A stretch of DNA of 64,000 nucleotides from an uncultured Bacteroidota bacterium (GCA_963827085.1 CAWGZY010000001.1:117837-181836); one strand, 5' to 3'. Positions 10,128-19,385 are shown, counted from the first letter of the stretch. Notes: generated by a model from the sequence alone, not told the origin. Numbers and translations are program-made.

Positions 10128-11099
10128 TTGGGAACGACGGAACCTGCAGGAGCATCATTCACCATCGCCCATCTTTCTGATCCCCACCTCAGCAGACAAT
10201 ATTACCGCGAACACATCAAATCATTTAAAATTCTTTTGCGAACAATTCTCGACCATGGCTGCGACCATCTCGTCATTACAGGGGACATAGTCAGTACTGG
10301 CGACCCGGACGACTACTACTTGGCGCGAACGATTCTCACAACCTTCGGCTTAATGGACAGCAAGAAACTCACGATTGTCCCAGGCAACCACGATGTTTTC
10401 GGCGGGCCCCATCGTGCTGTAGACGTGCTTAGTTTTCCCCGGTATATTCGTACGGTCGATTATCACAGGCGTCTTGCGCTTTTTGAAGAGGCGTTTGCAG
10501 AAACATTTGTGGGAGTGAGAAGACTCAATGAGGACAGTCTTTTTCCGTTTGTCAAAGAAGCGGGTCCGTACTCCATCATCGGCTTGAATTCAATCCTGCC
10601 GTGGTCGTTGTGGGACAATCCGCTCGGCTCAAACGGTATGCTGAGCGACGACCAGATTTCCGCTCTTGTGCAATTACAGGAACGCAAAGAAATCTGTGGA
10701 GGGATACCGCTTGTTGCAATTCATCATCACTTCAACGACCTGAACGATGGTTCGACTGACAACAATCTTTGGCGGAAGATCGAATCGAAGACAATGCGCA
10801 TGAAACGCCGCCGTAAAACCCTCAAACTGTTTGCTGCGCTTGGCGTGCACACGGTAATGCACGGACATGTGCATCGTAATGAGTTGTATCAACAATACGG
10901 AGTGCAGCTGGCTAACGGTGCGGGTGCCGTCTGCGATGACCCAGTCGCCATGCTGAAGTATAACCGTCTGACATACGAGGCGGGAAAGACTACTCTTCAA
11001 ATCAATACGCTGCCGATTGCGTTTCAAACTACATCCACGGCATTGTCGTTCCACCACTTCAGGTCGGTCGAACCTCGTCCCTATGTCGCACAATCATAA
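10128..11099 (+). CDS. calcineurin-like metallophosphoesterase
   Basis: HLSDPH, ITGD, PGNHD, HHH, HGHVH motifs. Start uncertain: TTG 10128 after aaaagg, or ATG 9972 overlapping the GT gene. Confidence 0.85.
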   Translation: MGTTEPAGASFTIAHLSDPHLSRQYYREHIKSFKILLRTILDHGCDHLVITGDIVSTGDPDDYYLARTILTTFGLMDSKKLTIVPGNHDVFGGPHRAVDVLSFPRYIRTVDYHRRLALFEEAFAETFVGVRRLNEDSLFPFVKEAGPYSIIGLNSILPWSLWDNPLGSNGMLSDDQISALVQLQERKEICGGIPLVAIHHHFNDLNDGSTDNNLWRKIESKTMRMKRRRKTLKLFAALGVHTVMHGHVHRNELYQQYGVQLANGAGAVCDDPVAMLKYNRLTYEAGKTTLQINTLPIAFQTTSTALSFHHFRSVEPRPYVAQS

Positions 11100-11101
11100 A
11101 A

Positions 11102-11222
11102 TGAGACATCTGAAAGATCGTCTCTCGCCAAGCCGCAAAGGCGCAAGGAGTCTATTTTTAAATCATTTTGCGGCTTTGCGTCTTTGCGTGAGCCATACTC
11201 TTGGAATTATTCAGAAGTCTTA
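11102..11222. mobile_element. MITE-like element, family A (TGAGACATCTGAA...TTCAGAAGTCT), with an internal imperfect palindrome
   Basis: Terminal inverted repeats; internal CGCAAAGGCGCAAG...TTGCGGCTTTGCG; related copies at 49620-49862. Confidence 0.7.
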
Positions 11223-11228
11223 AAATGT

Positions 11229-12074
11229 ATGATTCCCGTTCATCTCAAATATCAGATTGAATCGCTGGAAAACCGGGCAAGAACGTTGGGCGCGGATTAT
11301 GTGAAAATTGCCCTGTTCGACCTCGATAACACATTGATCATTGGCGACATTGGCGAGGCGGTATTTGCACACTTGCTGGCAGACGAAGCTCCTCTCAAAT
11401 GTACGTGGGAAGAGTATCAATCATTTCTTCGCTGCGACGTCTCAGCAGCTTGCCGTCTTGTCGTTGAATCAATGGCCGGGCTTACAGTCCGTGAGGTCGA
11501 AGAGGCCACGATGAAGGTATTAAAGAAACCTGCCTCCTTCATTAAAGCCGGAAACACACTCGTGCCGGTTCCGAAACCGCATCCGGGAATGAAGAAGCTC
11601 GTCTCATTGCTGCGAAAGCTCCGATACAACATCTATGTTATTTCGGCGAGCAATCAAATCTCCGTTCGAATGACGGCAGAAGAATTCTTTGGCATTCCTC
11701 CCGCATGTTCTTTTGGAATCGAAACAAAGACCGCGGACGGGTTTCTCTCGGCTACGCTTGTCAAACCGTTTCCTATTGCAGCCGGCAAGGCAGACGTATA
11801 TCATAAATATATCAACACTCTTCCGCCTCTGCTCACCGCAACCGACAGTTTGATCGATGCGCCCATGCTTGGATTGACCGACCCGATAGGGCTTTCATTG
11901 TGGGTGGGGAAATATCGATCTGAATTCAAAGCCGTGAAGGAGCGACTCGGCCAACTGAAGCGTTTTTGCTTTGTCCAACGTCCGAGAAATTACAACTTAA
12001 GGAACAGCGTGCGGACTTTTGGGGAACAGCGAAGCAGCGAGGTCGTGTCGTCGACTGTTTTTGCAGAAATGTGA
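11229..12074 (+). CDS. HAD-superfamily hydrolase/phosphatase
   Basis: ALFDLDNT motif I, ISAS motif II, GK, DSLID motif IV. Start set to ATG 11229, outside the MITE. Confidence 0.8.
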   Translation: MIPVHLKYQIESLENRARTLGADYVKIALFDLDNTLIIGDIGEAVFAHLLADEAPLKCTWEEYQSFLRCDVSAACRLVVESMAGLTVREVEEATMKVLKKPASFIKAGNTLVPVPKPHPGMKKLVSLLRKLRYNIYVISASNQISVRMTAEEFFGIPPACSFGIETKTADGFLSATLVKPFPIAAGKADVYHKYINTLPPLLTATDSLIDAPMLGLTDPIGLSLWVGKYRSEFKAVKERLGQLKRFCFVQRPRNYNLRNSVRTFGEQRSSEVVSSTVFAEM

Positions 12075-14395
12075 TTTGGGGAGGAGGCAGCTGCATTTTT
12101 TACTGCGAACGGAAGATAGATTTCAATGGCAGCCGGCAGAGACTCACCGCTGAAATTTCCTTCGAAGTGTATAACAGCGCTGGTTTCACCGGTGAACGAC
12201 AAGGAACATGAAATCTCGCCGAACGTTGTCGGTACATTCTTCAATTTCACATTCTTCCCCTTTTGGACCAATCTGTTGATATTCCCTTTGAAGAGTGAGA
12301 TGCCGCCATTCTCTTCTTTGACCATGCAGCTCCGAAGAAAAAGAATAATCTCTGCCGCAGCCCATCCATGATGCCCGTCGCCCATCGTCCCGCCGCCGGT
12401 GCGCGGATGAATGGCTTCAGGGAGAGAGTACGGCGGCGTCGCCTGCCGAAAAATCGTCTCTGCCACTTCCCACGCTTTGGCGACTTCGCCCAGTACCAAA
12501 AAAGAATGTGCGATCTGGAGAGTGAGATACGGATTGTATCCTGAATGGATGATGGGATGGAAAAATCCCTTCTCATCGACAAATTCCGCTTCAAGTTTTC
12601 GCAGCGTGTTGGAGAGATGATGCAAGCGATCCTCGAACAGCTCGAGCGGATAAATGCTGGATATCGAACCGATGGCACTCTCGTCGAAGCTGCGATCCTG
12701 TGTTGCCGGAATGAGTTTTTCGCCGATACGTCGCTCGACCTCCTGCAGAGATTGTGCAATGTCTGATTCAAACGCCTGAACTTCCTGCACAAAAAACTGC
12801 TCGTCGGCTTTCACGCTGAGCGCCGCGGCAATGCGGACCATCGCCTTGAGTCCCGCGAGAGACCAGAACGTATCCCAATAATATTGATCGACTGTGCCGA
12901 GATGTTCCGCACTGATGCCCGGCGGCATCAAGCCGTTATGGTATTGTTTTCGTTTGTGTGCGATCCACAAGGCGGCGCGTTTGAGATTGGGATACCAGTT
13001 TTTCAGCCAGAGATGCTGCCTATTAAGCAGAAAGTGTTGATGAACCGTCCAGAGAACGGCGCCGTTGGAATCCCACTCTCCGTCCGGCCCGCGAAAGAAC
13101 CCATCCGGCGTAAGACGCTCCGGAAATGCGTCGATCACCTGTCGTGAACGCTTGTGAAAACCGAGCACGTCAAGGGCCCGGATCATCAGCGTTGCGTCTC
13201 TGTACCAGAAGTGATGGTAAAGAAACGGTCCGGGCGAGATGAAATCGTTGTCGTTAAGTTCCAGTAGGGCAAGTCTGCTGGCATCGAACAATGTCTGTAA
13301 TTTTTTATCAGCGAATTCAAATTGGGCGCCCGTCGAGAGTTCTTTCTCCCATTTTGCCTGCTGGTCGGATTTCCGTTTCTCGAACGAAACCCGCCAAGTT
13401 TGTTTTGTCCCCCGCCGCCGGATCCGTTGTTCTTCCTCAAGCGCGGCGCTGTAATGAACGCACTTTTCTTCACCCGGCGCCAGGTCGAACATGAACGCCG
13501 CCACCGCGTGCGCGAGCCCGCGCTCGCACTGAGACGACGTTGTGGAATTCTCGTCGAATAACTTCATCGTTCTTTGCCCAAGAAGGTGAGCGAGGTCGCC
13601 ATTCTTGAGCGATGAGCAGAAAATTTTGTCGGGTGTTTCTGCAAAAACGACACCGGTGGATTTGTTCACTTGGGCAATGCGCGGTAATTTGAAATCGACC
13701 GAAGAAACCGGGGCAACACCCTCGGGGTTGAATGGCCGGATGGCGACACACAGTGCGCCGGTTTTTTTCTTGCCGCTGTTGTTTGTGGCCGAGGCTTTGG
13801 CAAACAGGACATCGAACGCGTGATTTGTCGGCGCGGCGAAATGCTCAAGCGTCAGGCCAACGCCATCCACAGTAAATCGAGTAGTAAGGCACGGGAACGT
13901 TGTTTCTATTGTTTGCTCCCCGCCGGCGGATAAGGAAGGAAAAAATACCTTGTCATCAACGACGAGCCATGTATCGATCGACCATTCGCGGGGGAGGGGT
14001 GTTGCGAGGCCGCAGGGGTCGATAATCGCTTCGTGAAATCCGTTCAGCGTTCCCACCATCGTCCAATTACGATGAGTGACATTGACGAGGAGCGGATTCT
14101 GCGCTCGCGGAATATAACTCTCGCTCTTCGGGTCGAGTTGTTTGTGCACCCAGAACGGATATATCCAGTCCCGCCTCATCTGCAATACCGCAAAGTTCAA
14201 CAGCCCCCGCACGATGACCGGCGTGCTGAGCAGAAAGAGTTCTTTCGGGAATCCCCTGCCTTCGACATCGCTAAACTTTCCGGCAAGCTGGAATTGCTTG
14301 ATGGAACTCTCCGGCAATTGCAGCCGCCGCAGCGCTTGCTCGAGTATGTACGAATTGAGATTCATTCGGCGTATTGCAAGGTTAATGGTAATCAA
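11990..14395 (-). CDS. large six-hairpin (alpha/alpha)6 glycoside hydrolase-like protein
   Basis: PGPFLYHHFWYRD, EWDSNG, SAEHLG, YYWDTFW, PEAIHP..GDGHHGWAAAE pattern typical of GH15/GH-L-clan-like barrels; 801 aa. Confidence 0.7.
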   Translation of the reverse strand: MITINLAIRRMNLNSYILEQALRRLQLPESSIKQFQLAGKFSDVEGRGFPKELFLLSTPVIVRGLLNFAVLQMRRDWIYPFWVHKQLDPKSESYIPRAQNPLLVNVTHRNWTMVGTLNGFHEAIIDPCGLATPLPREWSIDTWLVVDDKVFFPSLSAGGEQTIETTFPCLTTRFTVDGVGLTLEHFAAPTNHAFDVLFAKASATNNSGKKKTGALCVAIRPFNPEGVAPVSSVDFKLPRIAQVNKSTGVVFAETPDKIFCSSLKNGDLAHLLGQRTMKLFDENSTTSSQCERGLAHAVAAFMFDLAPGEEKCVHYSAALEEEQRIRRRGTKQTWRVSFEKRKSDQQAKWEKELSTGAQFEFADKKLQTLFDASRLALLELNDNDFISPGPFLYHHFWYRDATLMIRALDVLGFHKRSRQVIDAFPERLTPDGFFRGPDGEWDSNGAVLWTVHQHFLLNRQHLWLKNWYPNLKRAALWIAHKRKQYHNGLMPPGISAEHLGTVDQYYWDTFWSLAGLKAMVRIAAALSVKADEQFFVQEVQAFESDIAQSLQEVERRIGEKLIPATQDRSFDESAIGSISSIYPLELFEDRLHHLSNTLRKLEAEFVDEKGFFHPIIHSGYNPYLTLQIAHSFLVLGEVAKAWEVAETIFRQATPPYSLPEAIHPRTGGGTMGDGHHGWAAAEIILFLRSCMVKEENGGISLFKGNINRLVQKGKNVKLKNVPTTFGEISCSLSFTGETSAVIHFEGNFSGESLPAAIEIYLPFAVKNAAASSPNHISAKTVDDTTSLLRCSPKVRTLFLKL

Positions 14396-14471
14396 ATCTG
14401 CATTTGAATATAGACTCAGTTTGTCCCTGATTCAAGTAGCAACTGCGGTATTTGCCTGGATTTTCAAAGAT

Positions 14472-14510
14472 TTAACAATTCCTTAAAGTAAGTCTAATAT
14501 CAGGCTAACA
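14472..14510 (+). promoter_or_regulatory. four 11-bp-phased YTAAHR repeats (PhoB/PhoP-type box)
   Basis: TTAACA 14472, TTAAAG 14483, CTAATA 14494, CTAACA 14505; exact 11-bp period. Confidence 0.6.
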
Positions 14511-14574
14511 GGCAGATGGTATCATTATGCATTCAACGAGCGGCTCCGAATCTTCACATTTCCGAGGCGAAGTC

Positions 14575-14763
14575 ATGATACTTCAAAGAAATCAGATTGA
14601 ACAGCCCTTCATGTTTTGGTTGATCCGAGAACTGTTTGCCACTGAGCAAGGAATTGAAGAAGAGTTGAAGCCGATCAGCAACCGGGAATTTTATACATGG
14701 ATGGGCTTGCTTTCTGTCGCACTGCTTATCTATGGAGCCGTCTTCCGTTTTTTTGCCGCCTGA
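14575..14763 (+). CDS. small membrane protein with a single C-terminal TM helix
   Basis: GAGG RBS before ATG 14575; hydrophobic C-terminus FYTWMGLLSVALLIYGAVFRFFAA. Confidence 0.55.
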   Translation: MILQRNQIEQPFMFWLIRELFATEQGIEEELKPISNREFYTWMGLLSVALLIYGAVFRFFAA

Positions 14764-14963
14764 AAATTACCCCCCCAAAGTTGTTAAACTTCGACACTCT
14801 CCGGCGTGTCCCATAAACATGCTAAGACGCTGAATCCGATTTTATTTGATCAGAATGCTGTTGGTTCTGCACTCAGTAATTTCCGGGATATTAGTGTATA
14901 TATATCGATAAAAATAAACTTTAGTCCGGATCGGAAGAAGTGGTTGGTTGAAGGGACGGACGA

Positions 14964-14998
14964 AAGCCAATCGTATTAAACGTACGGTTGGCTTTTTT
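14964..14998 (+). terminator. intrinsic terminator-like hairpin
   Basis: AAGCCAATCGTA...TACGGTTGGCTT followed by a T-run. Confidence 0.5.
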
Positions 14999-15241
14999 AT
15001 TTGTAGACGTCGGACACTTTCTTGATTTATCTTACCAACTCATGGTACACATTTGTAAAGCGTCCACTAAGAACACTAAAAAACACGAAGGTTCAGATTC
15101 GCGAGAGGCGATATGTAAGATCGCCCAAAATTCTTCCTTCTTGATTATTCGCCATTCAACTCATATTTTTAAGGAGAAAAAGGAATCACTTCTTCCCCGT
15201 TTTTGTTTTGGAATCCGAACCGGTAGCCTCAGAGATAATGA

Positions 15242-15817
15242 ATGGAAGTCGGCAAAACATTATACGTGATAAACAGAAAACAATGGCGTTCGTGGCTGTC
15301 GAGGCACCACAAAACTACCGGCGACATTTGGCTTGTCTTCTATAAGAAGGAAAGTGGAAAGCGGCGAATACCGTACAACGACGCCGTAGAAGAAGCGCTT
15401 TGCTACGGATGGATTGACAGCCTCACCAAACCACGGGACAAAGAAAGCTGGGTTCAGAGGTTCAGTCCCCGGAGGAAGAAAAGTCCCCTTTCAGAAATGA
15501 ACAAAGAACGAGTACGCCGGCTCATTCATGCCGGGAAGATGACACGGTATGGTCTTGCACGTATCCAGCATCACATGGACGGAGAGTCCGCCAAAACACC
15601 GAAGCTAAAGAAGTTTACACTTCCCAATGACATTCTTCAACTGCTTGAATCTGACCCTGTTGTTTGGAAGAATTTCACAAAATTTTCTGCGACGTACAAA
15701 CGCATTCGCGTCGGGTGGATCGATGGATCGAGAAACCGCCCGGAAATATTCACCCAGCGGCTCCGATATTTTATGAAGATGACTGCCCGGAATAAAAAAT
15801 TTGGGATGGTCCAATGA
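15242..15817 (+). CDS. YdeI/OmpD-associated family protein
   Basis: WRSWL..HH, YNDAVEEALCYGWIDS, RFSPRR, C-terminal LPNDI..L. Confidence 0.88.
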   Translation: MEVGKTLYVINRKQWRSWLSRHHKTTGDIWLVFYKKESGKRRIPYNDAVEEALCYGWIDSLTKPRDKESWVQRFSPRRKKSPLSEMNKERVRRLIHAGKMTRYGLARIQHHMDGESAKTPKLKKFTLPNDILQLLESDPVVWKNFTKFSATYKRIRVGWIDGSRNRPEIFTQRLRYFMKMTARNKKFGMVQ

Positions 15818-15981
15818 TTACGCCCGTACGATTATTGGTTGCGGCTTATTTTCAGCCCTCTTGTTGCGAATAGAGATATAAGCCATCGCTAAAATTCTTC
15901 ACGTATTAAACTCGATTGCCGTGTCTTGTGTCTATTAAATATAAATTCACTAAACCACTACCACAACAATCTCATACAACT

Positions 15982-16314
15982 ATGAAAACATTTTTGAAGC
16001 TTGCACTGTTCTGCGGACTGCTTGCAGTTGCCATTCCGGCGTCCGCACAGCTCAATATCGGGGTGGGAATCAATATCGGCCCGCCGCCTCCACCGAAGGA
16101 GAGAATGATTGCCAGACCGTCTCGTGATGCCGTGTGGGTTGCCGGGTATCACCGTTGGGCGCCTCGCCGTCATCGCTACGTTTGGGTTCCGGGACGGTGG
16201 ATGCGACCGCCGCGGCCGCATACTGTGTGGGTAGCAGGCCACTGGGAAAGGCGAAACAATGAATGGGTTTTCTACGAAGGACGGTGGGAACCCGAACCGC
16301 CCCGAGGGAGATGA
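15982..16314 (+). CDS. secreted YXWGXW/WXXGXW-repeat protein
   Basis: Signal peptide, GPPPPP, repeats VWVAGYHRW, VWVPGRW, VWVAGHW, FYEGRW. Confidence 0.88.
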   Translation: MKTFLKLALFCGLLAVAIPASAQLNIGVGINIGPPPPPKERMIARPSRDAVWVAGYHRWAPRRHRYVWVPGRWMRPPRPHTVWVAGHWERRNNEWVFYEGRWEPEPPRGR

Positions 16315-16479
16315 CATCGCTTTTTTGAAACACTAGACCGCAAAGGCGCTTTCGAAAGAATCCCGTCGGAAGCACCTTTGCGGTGAAATACATTATTTTT
16401 GTGCCTTTCGCCTGCCCCTGGTCTCTCCTTAATGACAAGGGGGAAACGCTAAGCTTGAGGGGTAGTGTCTTAGGTTGAC

Positions 16480-16641
16480 CTAGTGCCGTTTCTCAAAAAT
16501 GTTCTGTATTCTAACCGCAGAGGACGCTAAGGTCGCAAAGAGGTTTTTTGAAAAATAGCAAGAATCCCTTGCGTCCTTGGCGCCCTTTGCGGTGAATTAA
16601 TTATTAAAAAGTACAATATTTATTTTTAGAAATGGCACTAG
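16480..16641. mobile_element. MITE-like element, family B (CTAGTGCCRTTTCT termini), enclosing an imperfect palindrome
   Basis: Left CTAGTGCCGTTTCTCAAAAAT, right ATTTTTAGAAATGGCACTAG; internal ACCGCAGAGGACGCTAAGGTCGCAAAG...CTTGCGTCCTTGGCGCCCTTTGCGGT. Confidence 0.72.
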
Positions 16642-16827
16642 TACTGCGTATTTTCTATCCATTCTGGTTTCATTCAATGATATTGCAATAGATTTTTTTA
16701 TGCCGTATTTTGTGATAGTTCATTCATGAGTTAACAAGAATTATTGCCGTAATTCGACAGTTGAGTTTTTTCCCGTCAAAATTATTCACTCTACAAGATT
16801 ACATTACTTCGTCGTAGAAAGGATCTT

Positions 16828-17574
16828 ATGAAAAGAGCTGTTCTTACATGTACTCTGTTGCTCTGTGCTATCCCGCTTTTTGCCCAACGCTGGGAATGGC
16901 CGGACAGTTCAAAAAACCTGACCGTACTTCCGAAAACGACTACGGCAAAAGAATTACAAAGAACGATGTTCAGCTTTACATCCGGGCTTGGCGTGCGGTG
17001 CATATATTGCCATGTAGGCGAAGAGGGAAAGGATTTCAGCGGGTATGATTTTGTTTCGGATGCGAAGCCAGAAAAAAATGAGGCACGCACAATGCTGCAA
17101 ATGGTAAACAACATTAACAACGTGTACCTGGCTGAGCTTCATGTTGACAGCAATTCGCCGCTGCGGGTTTCGTGCATCACCTGCCATCACGGCAATGCAG
17201 TCCCGATCCTTTTGGAGGATAAGCTGAAGAGGACTTTTGATCGCCACGGTATCGATTCGACCATCAAGCAATACCGTGCTCTCCGGGAGCAATTTTATGG
17301 TGGCTTTAATTACAATTTTAAAGAAGGAACCCTGGTGCGATTGGCAGAACTCATTTCGGATGATACAATAAAAATGTCCGCAGCGATCCAAGTATTGAAG
17401 CTGAACATTGAACTCTACCCAACGTTCGCGTTTTCGTATGCACGCCTTGCGGGCATCTATGAAGCGGAGGGAAATTCTGCGGCGGCGGTCGAGAATTACG
17501 AGCAGGCTCTTAAGCTTGACCCGAATAACAGAATGGCAAAAATGAGGCTGGAAAGATTGCAAGAGAAGAAGTGA
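16828..17574 (+). CDS. exported di-heme c-type cytochrome with C-terminal TPR
   Basis: Signal peptide; KNLTVL..LGVRCIYCH and VSCITCHHG heme motifs; TPR-like AYARLAGIYEAEGNSAAAVENYEQALKLDP. Confidence 0.85.
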   Translation: MKRAVLTCTLLLCAIPLFAQRWEWPDSSKNLTVLPKTTTAKELQRTMFSFTSGLGVRCIYCHVGEEGKDFSGYDFVSDAKPEKNEARTMLQMVNNINNVYLAELHVDSNSPLRVSCITCHHGNAVPILLEDKLKRTFDRHGIDSTIKQYRALREQFYGGFNYNFKEGTLVRLAELISDDTIKMSAAIQVLKLNIELYPTFAFSYARLAGIYEAEGNSAAAVENYEQALKLDPNNRMAKMRLERLQEKK

Positions 17575-17589
17575 GTGCGTGTGAGTGCA

Positions 17590-17737
17590 TTCCCTCTCCC
17601 ACGTGGAGAGGGAAAATCATTGTTACAGCCATCTCGTTCCCAAGCTCTGCTTGGGAACGGTTATTTCGTTTCCAGTCTTTGCTTCATCTCGTTCTCAATC
17701 TTCGTGCCGTCTCCTTCCCAAGCTCTGTATGGGAAGG
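17590..17737. repeat. cluster of REP-like palindromes
   Basis: TTCCCTCTCCCACGTGGAGAGGGAA; two copies TCTCGTTCCCAAGCTCTGCTTGGGAACG / TCTCCTTCCCAAGCTCTGTATGGGAAGG. Confidence 0.7.
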
Positions 17738-17779
17738 GTTTTTAAAACGGTTGTCGTTGCTGCGGACTGATCGTTTTCG

Positions 17780-18117
17780 TTTATGCTTTAAAAAAAATAC
17801 AACCCGAATCTTTCTTGCCGGTGTCATGAAGATTTCATGTTCTTTAACGATGATGGAGTTTATGCTGCCCGCACAACTAAAGAGATGTGGGAAAAGTATT
17901 TTGACAATCTTGATTGGTTGGTGAACAAATAGATTACTACAGAATGGAATAATAAATTTGGCAGGTCTTGAACCTGAAATTTTGGAAGAAACCTCCAGAT
18001 AAAGGAGTAGCAGAAATCTTGGATACAATTGCATTTAGAATCGCATGGTATGATGCAATTCAAGATGCGATTTTATCAGAAATTAATCAGGGTGGTCAAA
18101 AAAGAAATGGGGAATGA
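17780..18117 (+). pseudogene. degraded AT-rich coding remnant of unknown family
   Basis: Protein-like stretches (HEDFMFFNDDGVYAARTTKEMWEKYFDNLDWLVNK*, KPPDKGVAEILDTIAFRIAWYDAIQDAILSEI) broken by stops and frameshifts. Confidence 0.35.
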
Positions 18118-18125
18118 GCCGAACA

Positions 18126-18156
18126 TAAAAACTTAAAACCTAAAACTTACAACTTA
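18126..18156. repeat. short heptamer tandem repeat (TAAAACT-like x4)
   Basis: taaaaact taaaacc taaaact tacaact. Confidence 0.55.
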
Positions 18157-18164
18157 TCACATTT

Positions 18165-19385
18165 GTGAGCGATCACCCCCCTTCATCCCCCCGCCATGCC
18201 GCGGTACTATTCATCTTCGTTACCGTCGTGCTCGACGTTTTGGCATTAGGCATCATCATTCCCGTTCTGCCGAAGCTTGTCGAACAATTTCTCGGAGGCG
18301 ATACCGCACGGGCGGCCGAAATGTTCGGGCTTTTCGGAACCGTTTGGGCGTTGATGCAATTTATTTTCTCTCCGGTGCTCGGTGCGCTCTCCGACCAATA
18401 CGGCCGCCGCCGGGTCATTCTTATTTCGTGTTTCGGCCTCGGCGTCGACTATATCTTTATGGCATCCGCACCGACGTTGTGGCTCCTTTTTATCGGCCGG
18501 ATTATTTCCGGAATTACCGGCGCGAGCTTCACCGCAGCCGGTGCCTACATCGCCGATGTAACGCCGCCTGAAAAACGTGCCGCCGGATTCGGAATGATCG
18601 GTGCTGCTTGGGGACTCGGTTTTGTTTTGGGTCCGGCTCTTGGTGGTATTCTTGGCGGCATCGACACGCGCTTGCCGTTCTGGGTCGCGGCCGGTCTTAC
18701 TCTGTTGAACGCAATGTACGGTTTGTTTGTCCTCCCTGAATCGTTGAGTGTTGAGCACCGCGAAAAATTTTCATGGAAACGCGCTAACCCTCTCGGCTCG
18801 CTGAAGCTATTGCGCTCGCATCCGGAATTGTTCCGGCTCGCTACTGTCAATGGATTCTTCTACCTCGCTCATCAGGTGTTGCCGAGTGTGTTTGTACTGT
18901 ATGCCAGTTTTCGTTACAAATGGAATGAAGAGGCGGTTGGCATTGCGCTGGCAATCATGGGAGCGTGCGGCATGATTGTGCAAGGAGGAGTCGTAAAGCG
19001 TGTCGTCGCAGACTTTGGAGAACGCCACACACTTCTTGCCGGCTTACTTTTCGGCATGGTGGGATTTGCAATCTTTGGTTTAGCTCCGGTTGGAATAATC
19101 TTCTGTCTCGGCATCCCAATATTTTCTTTGATGGGAATGTACGGATCTTCGTCGCAGGGTCTCATGACGCGTCATGTTCAGCCGTCGCAACAGGGACAAT
19201 TACAAGGAGCGAACAACAGTATTATGGGAATTGCAGGCGTAGTCGGCCCCGGCATTTTTACCCTGACTTTTGCCAGCTTTATTGGGCGGCAAAGTAATTG
19301 GCATCTGCCGGGAGCTCCTTTTTTGCTGGCACTGTTGATGCTTGTGGCAGCGTTTGGTCTCGCATGGAGGGTGAAGGCTGAGTAA
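18165..19385 (+). CDS. TCR/Tet-family MFS efflux transporter (TetA-like)
   Basis: LDVLALGIIIPVLP, GALSDQYGRRRV (motif A), GRIISGITGAS, AYIADVT, GFVLGPALGG. Confidence 0.92.
   Translation: MSDHPPSSPRHAAVLFIFVTVVLDVLALGIIIPVLPKLVEQFLGGDTARAAEMFGLFGTVWALMQFIFSPVLGALSDQYGRRRVILISCFGLGVDYIFMASAPTLWLLFIGRIISGITGASFTAAGAYIADVTPPEKRAAGFGMIGAAWGLGFVLGPALGGILGGIDTRLPFWVAAGLTLLNAMYGLFVLPESLSVEHREKFSWKRANPLGSLKLLRSHPELFRLATVNGFFYLAHQVLPSVFVLYASFRYKWNEEAVGIALAIMGACGMIVQGGVVKRVVADFGERHTLLAGLLFGMVGFAIFGLAPVGIIFCLGIPIFSLMGMYGSSSQGLMTRHVQPSQQGQLQGANNSIMGIAGVVGPGIFTLTFASFIGRQSNWHLPGAPFLLALLMLVAAFGLAWRVKAE

Noticed and set aside
15941-16480. Composite IS1-like element around the YXWGXW gene (CCACTACC at ~15955 and GGTAGTG at 16461)
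   Set aside because: The two motifs are oriented so that they exclude rather than enclose the gene, and the match at 15955 is short.
16828-17574. Evidence for phototrophy (pufC/pscC)
   Set aside because: Only two heme motifs plus a TPR, and no reaction-centre or bacteriochlorophyll genes in the window.
18165-19385. Acquired tetracycline-resistance determinant
   Set aside because: No adjacent tetR or transposon, and TetA-like MFS genes are common chromosomal genes; the substrate cannot be inferred from sequence.
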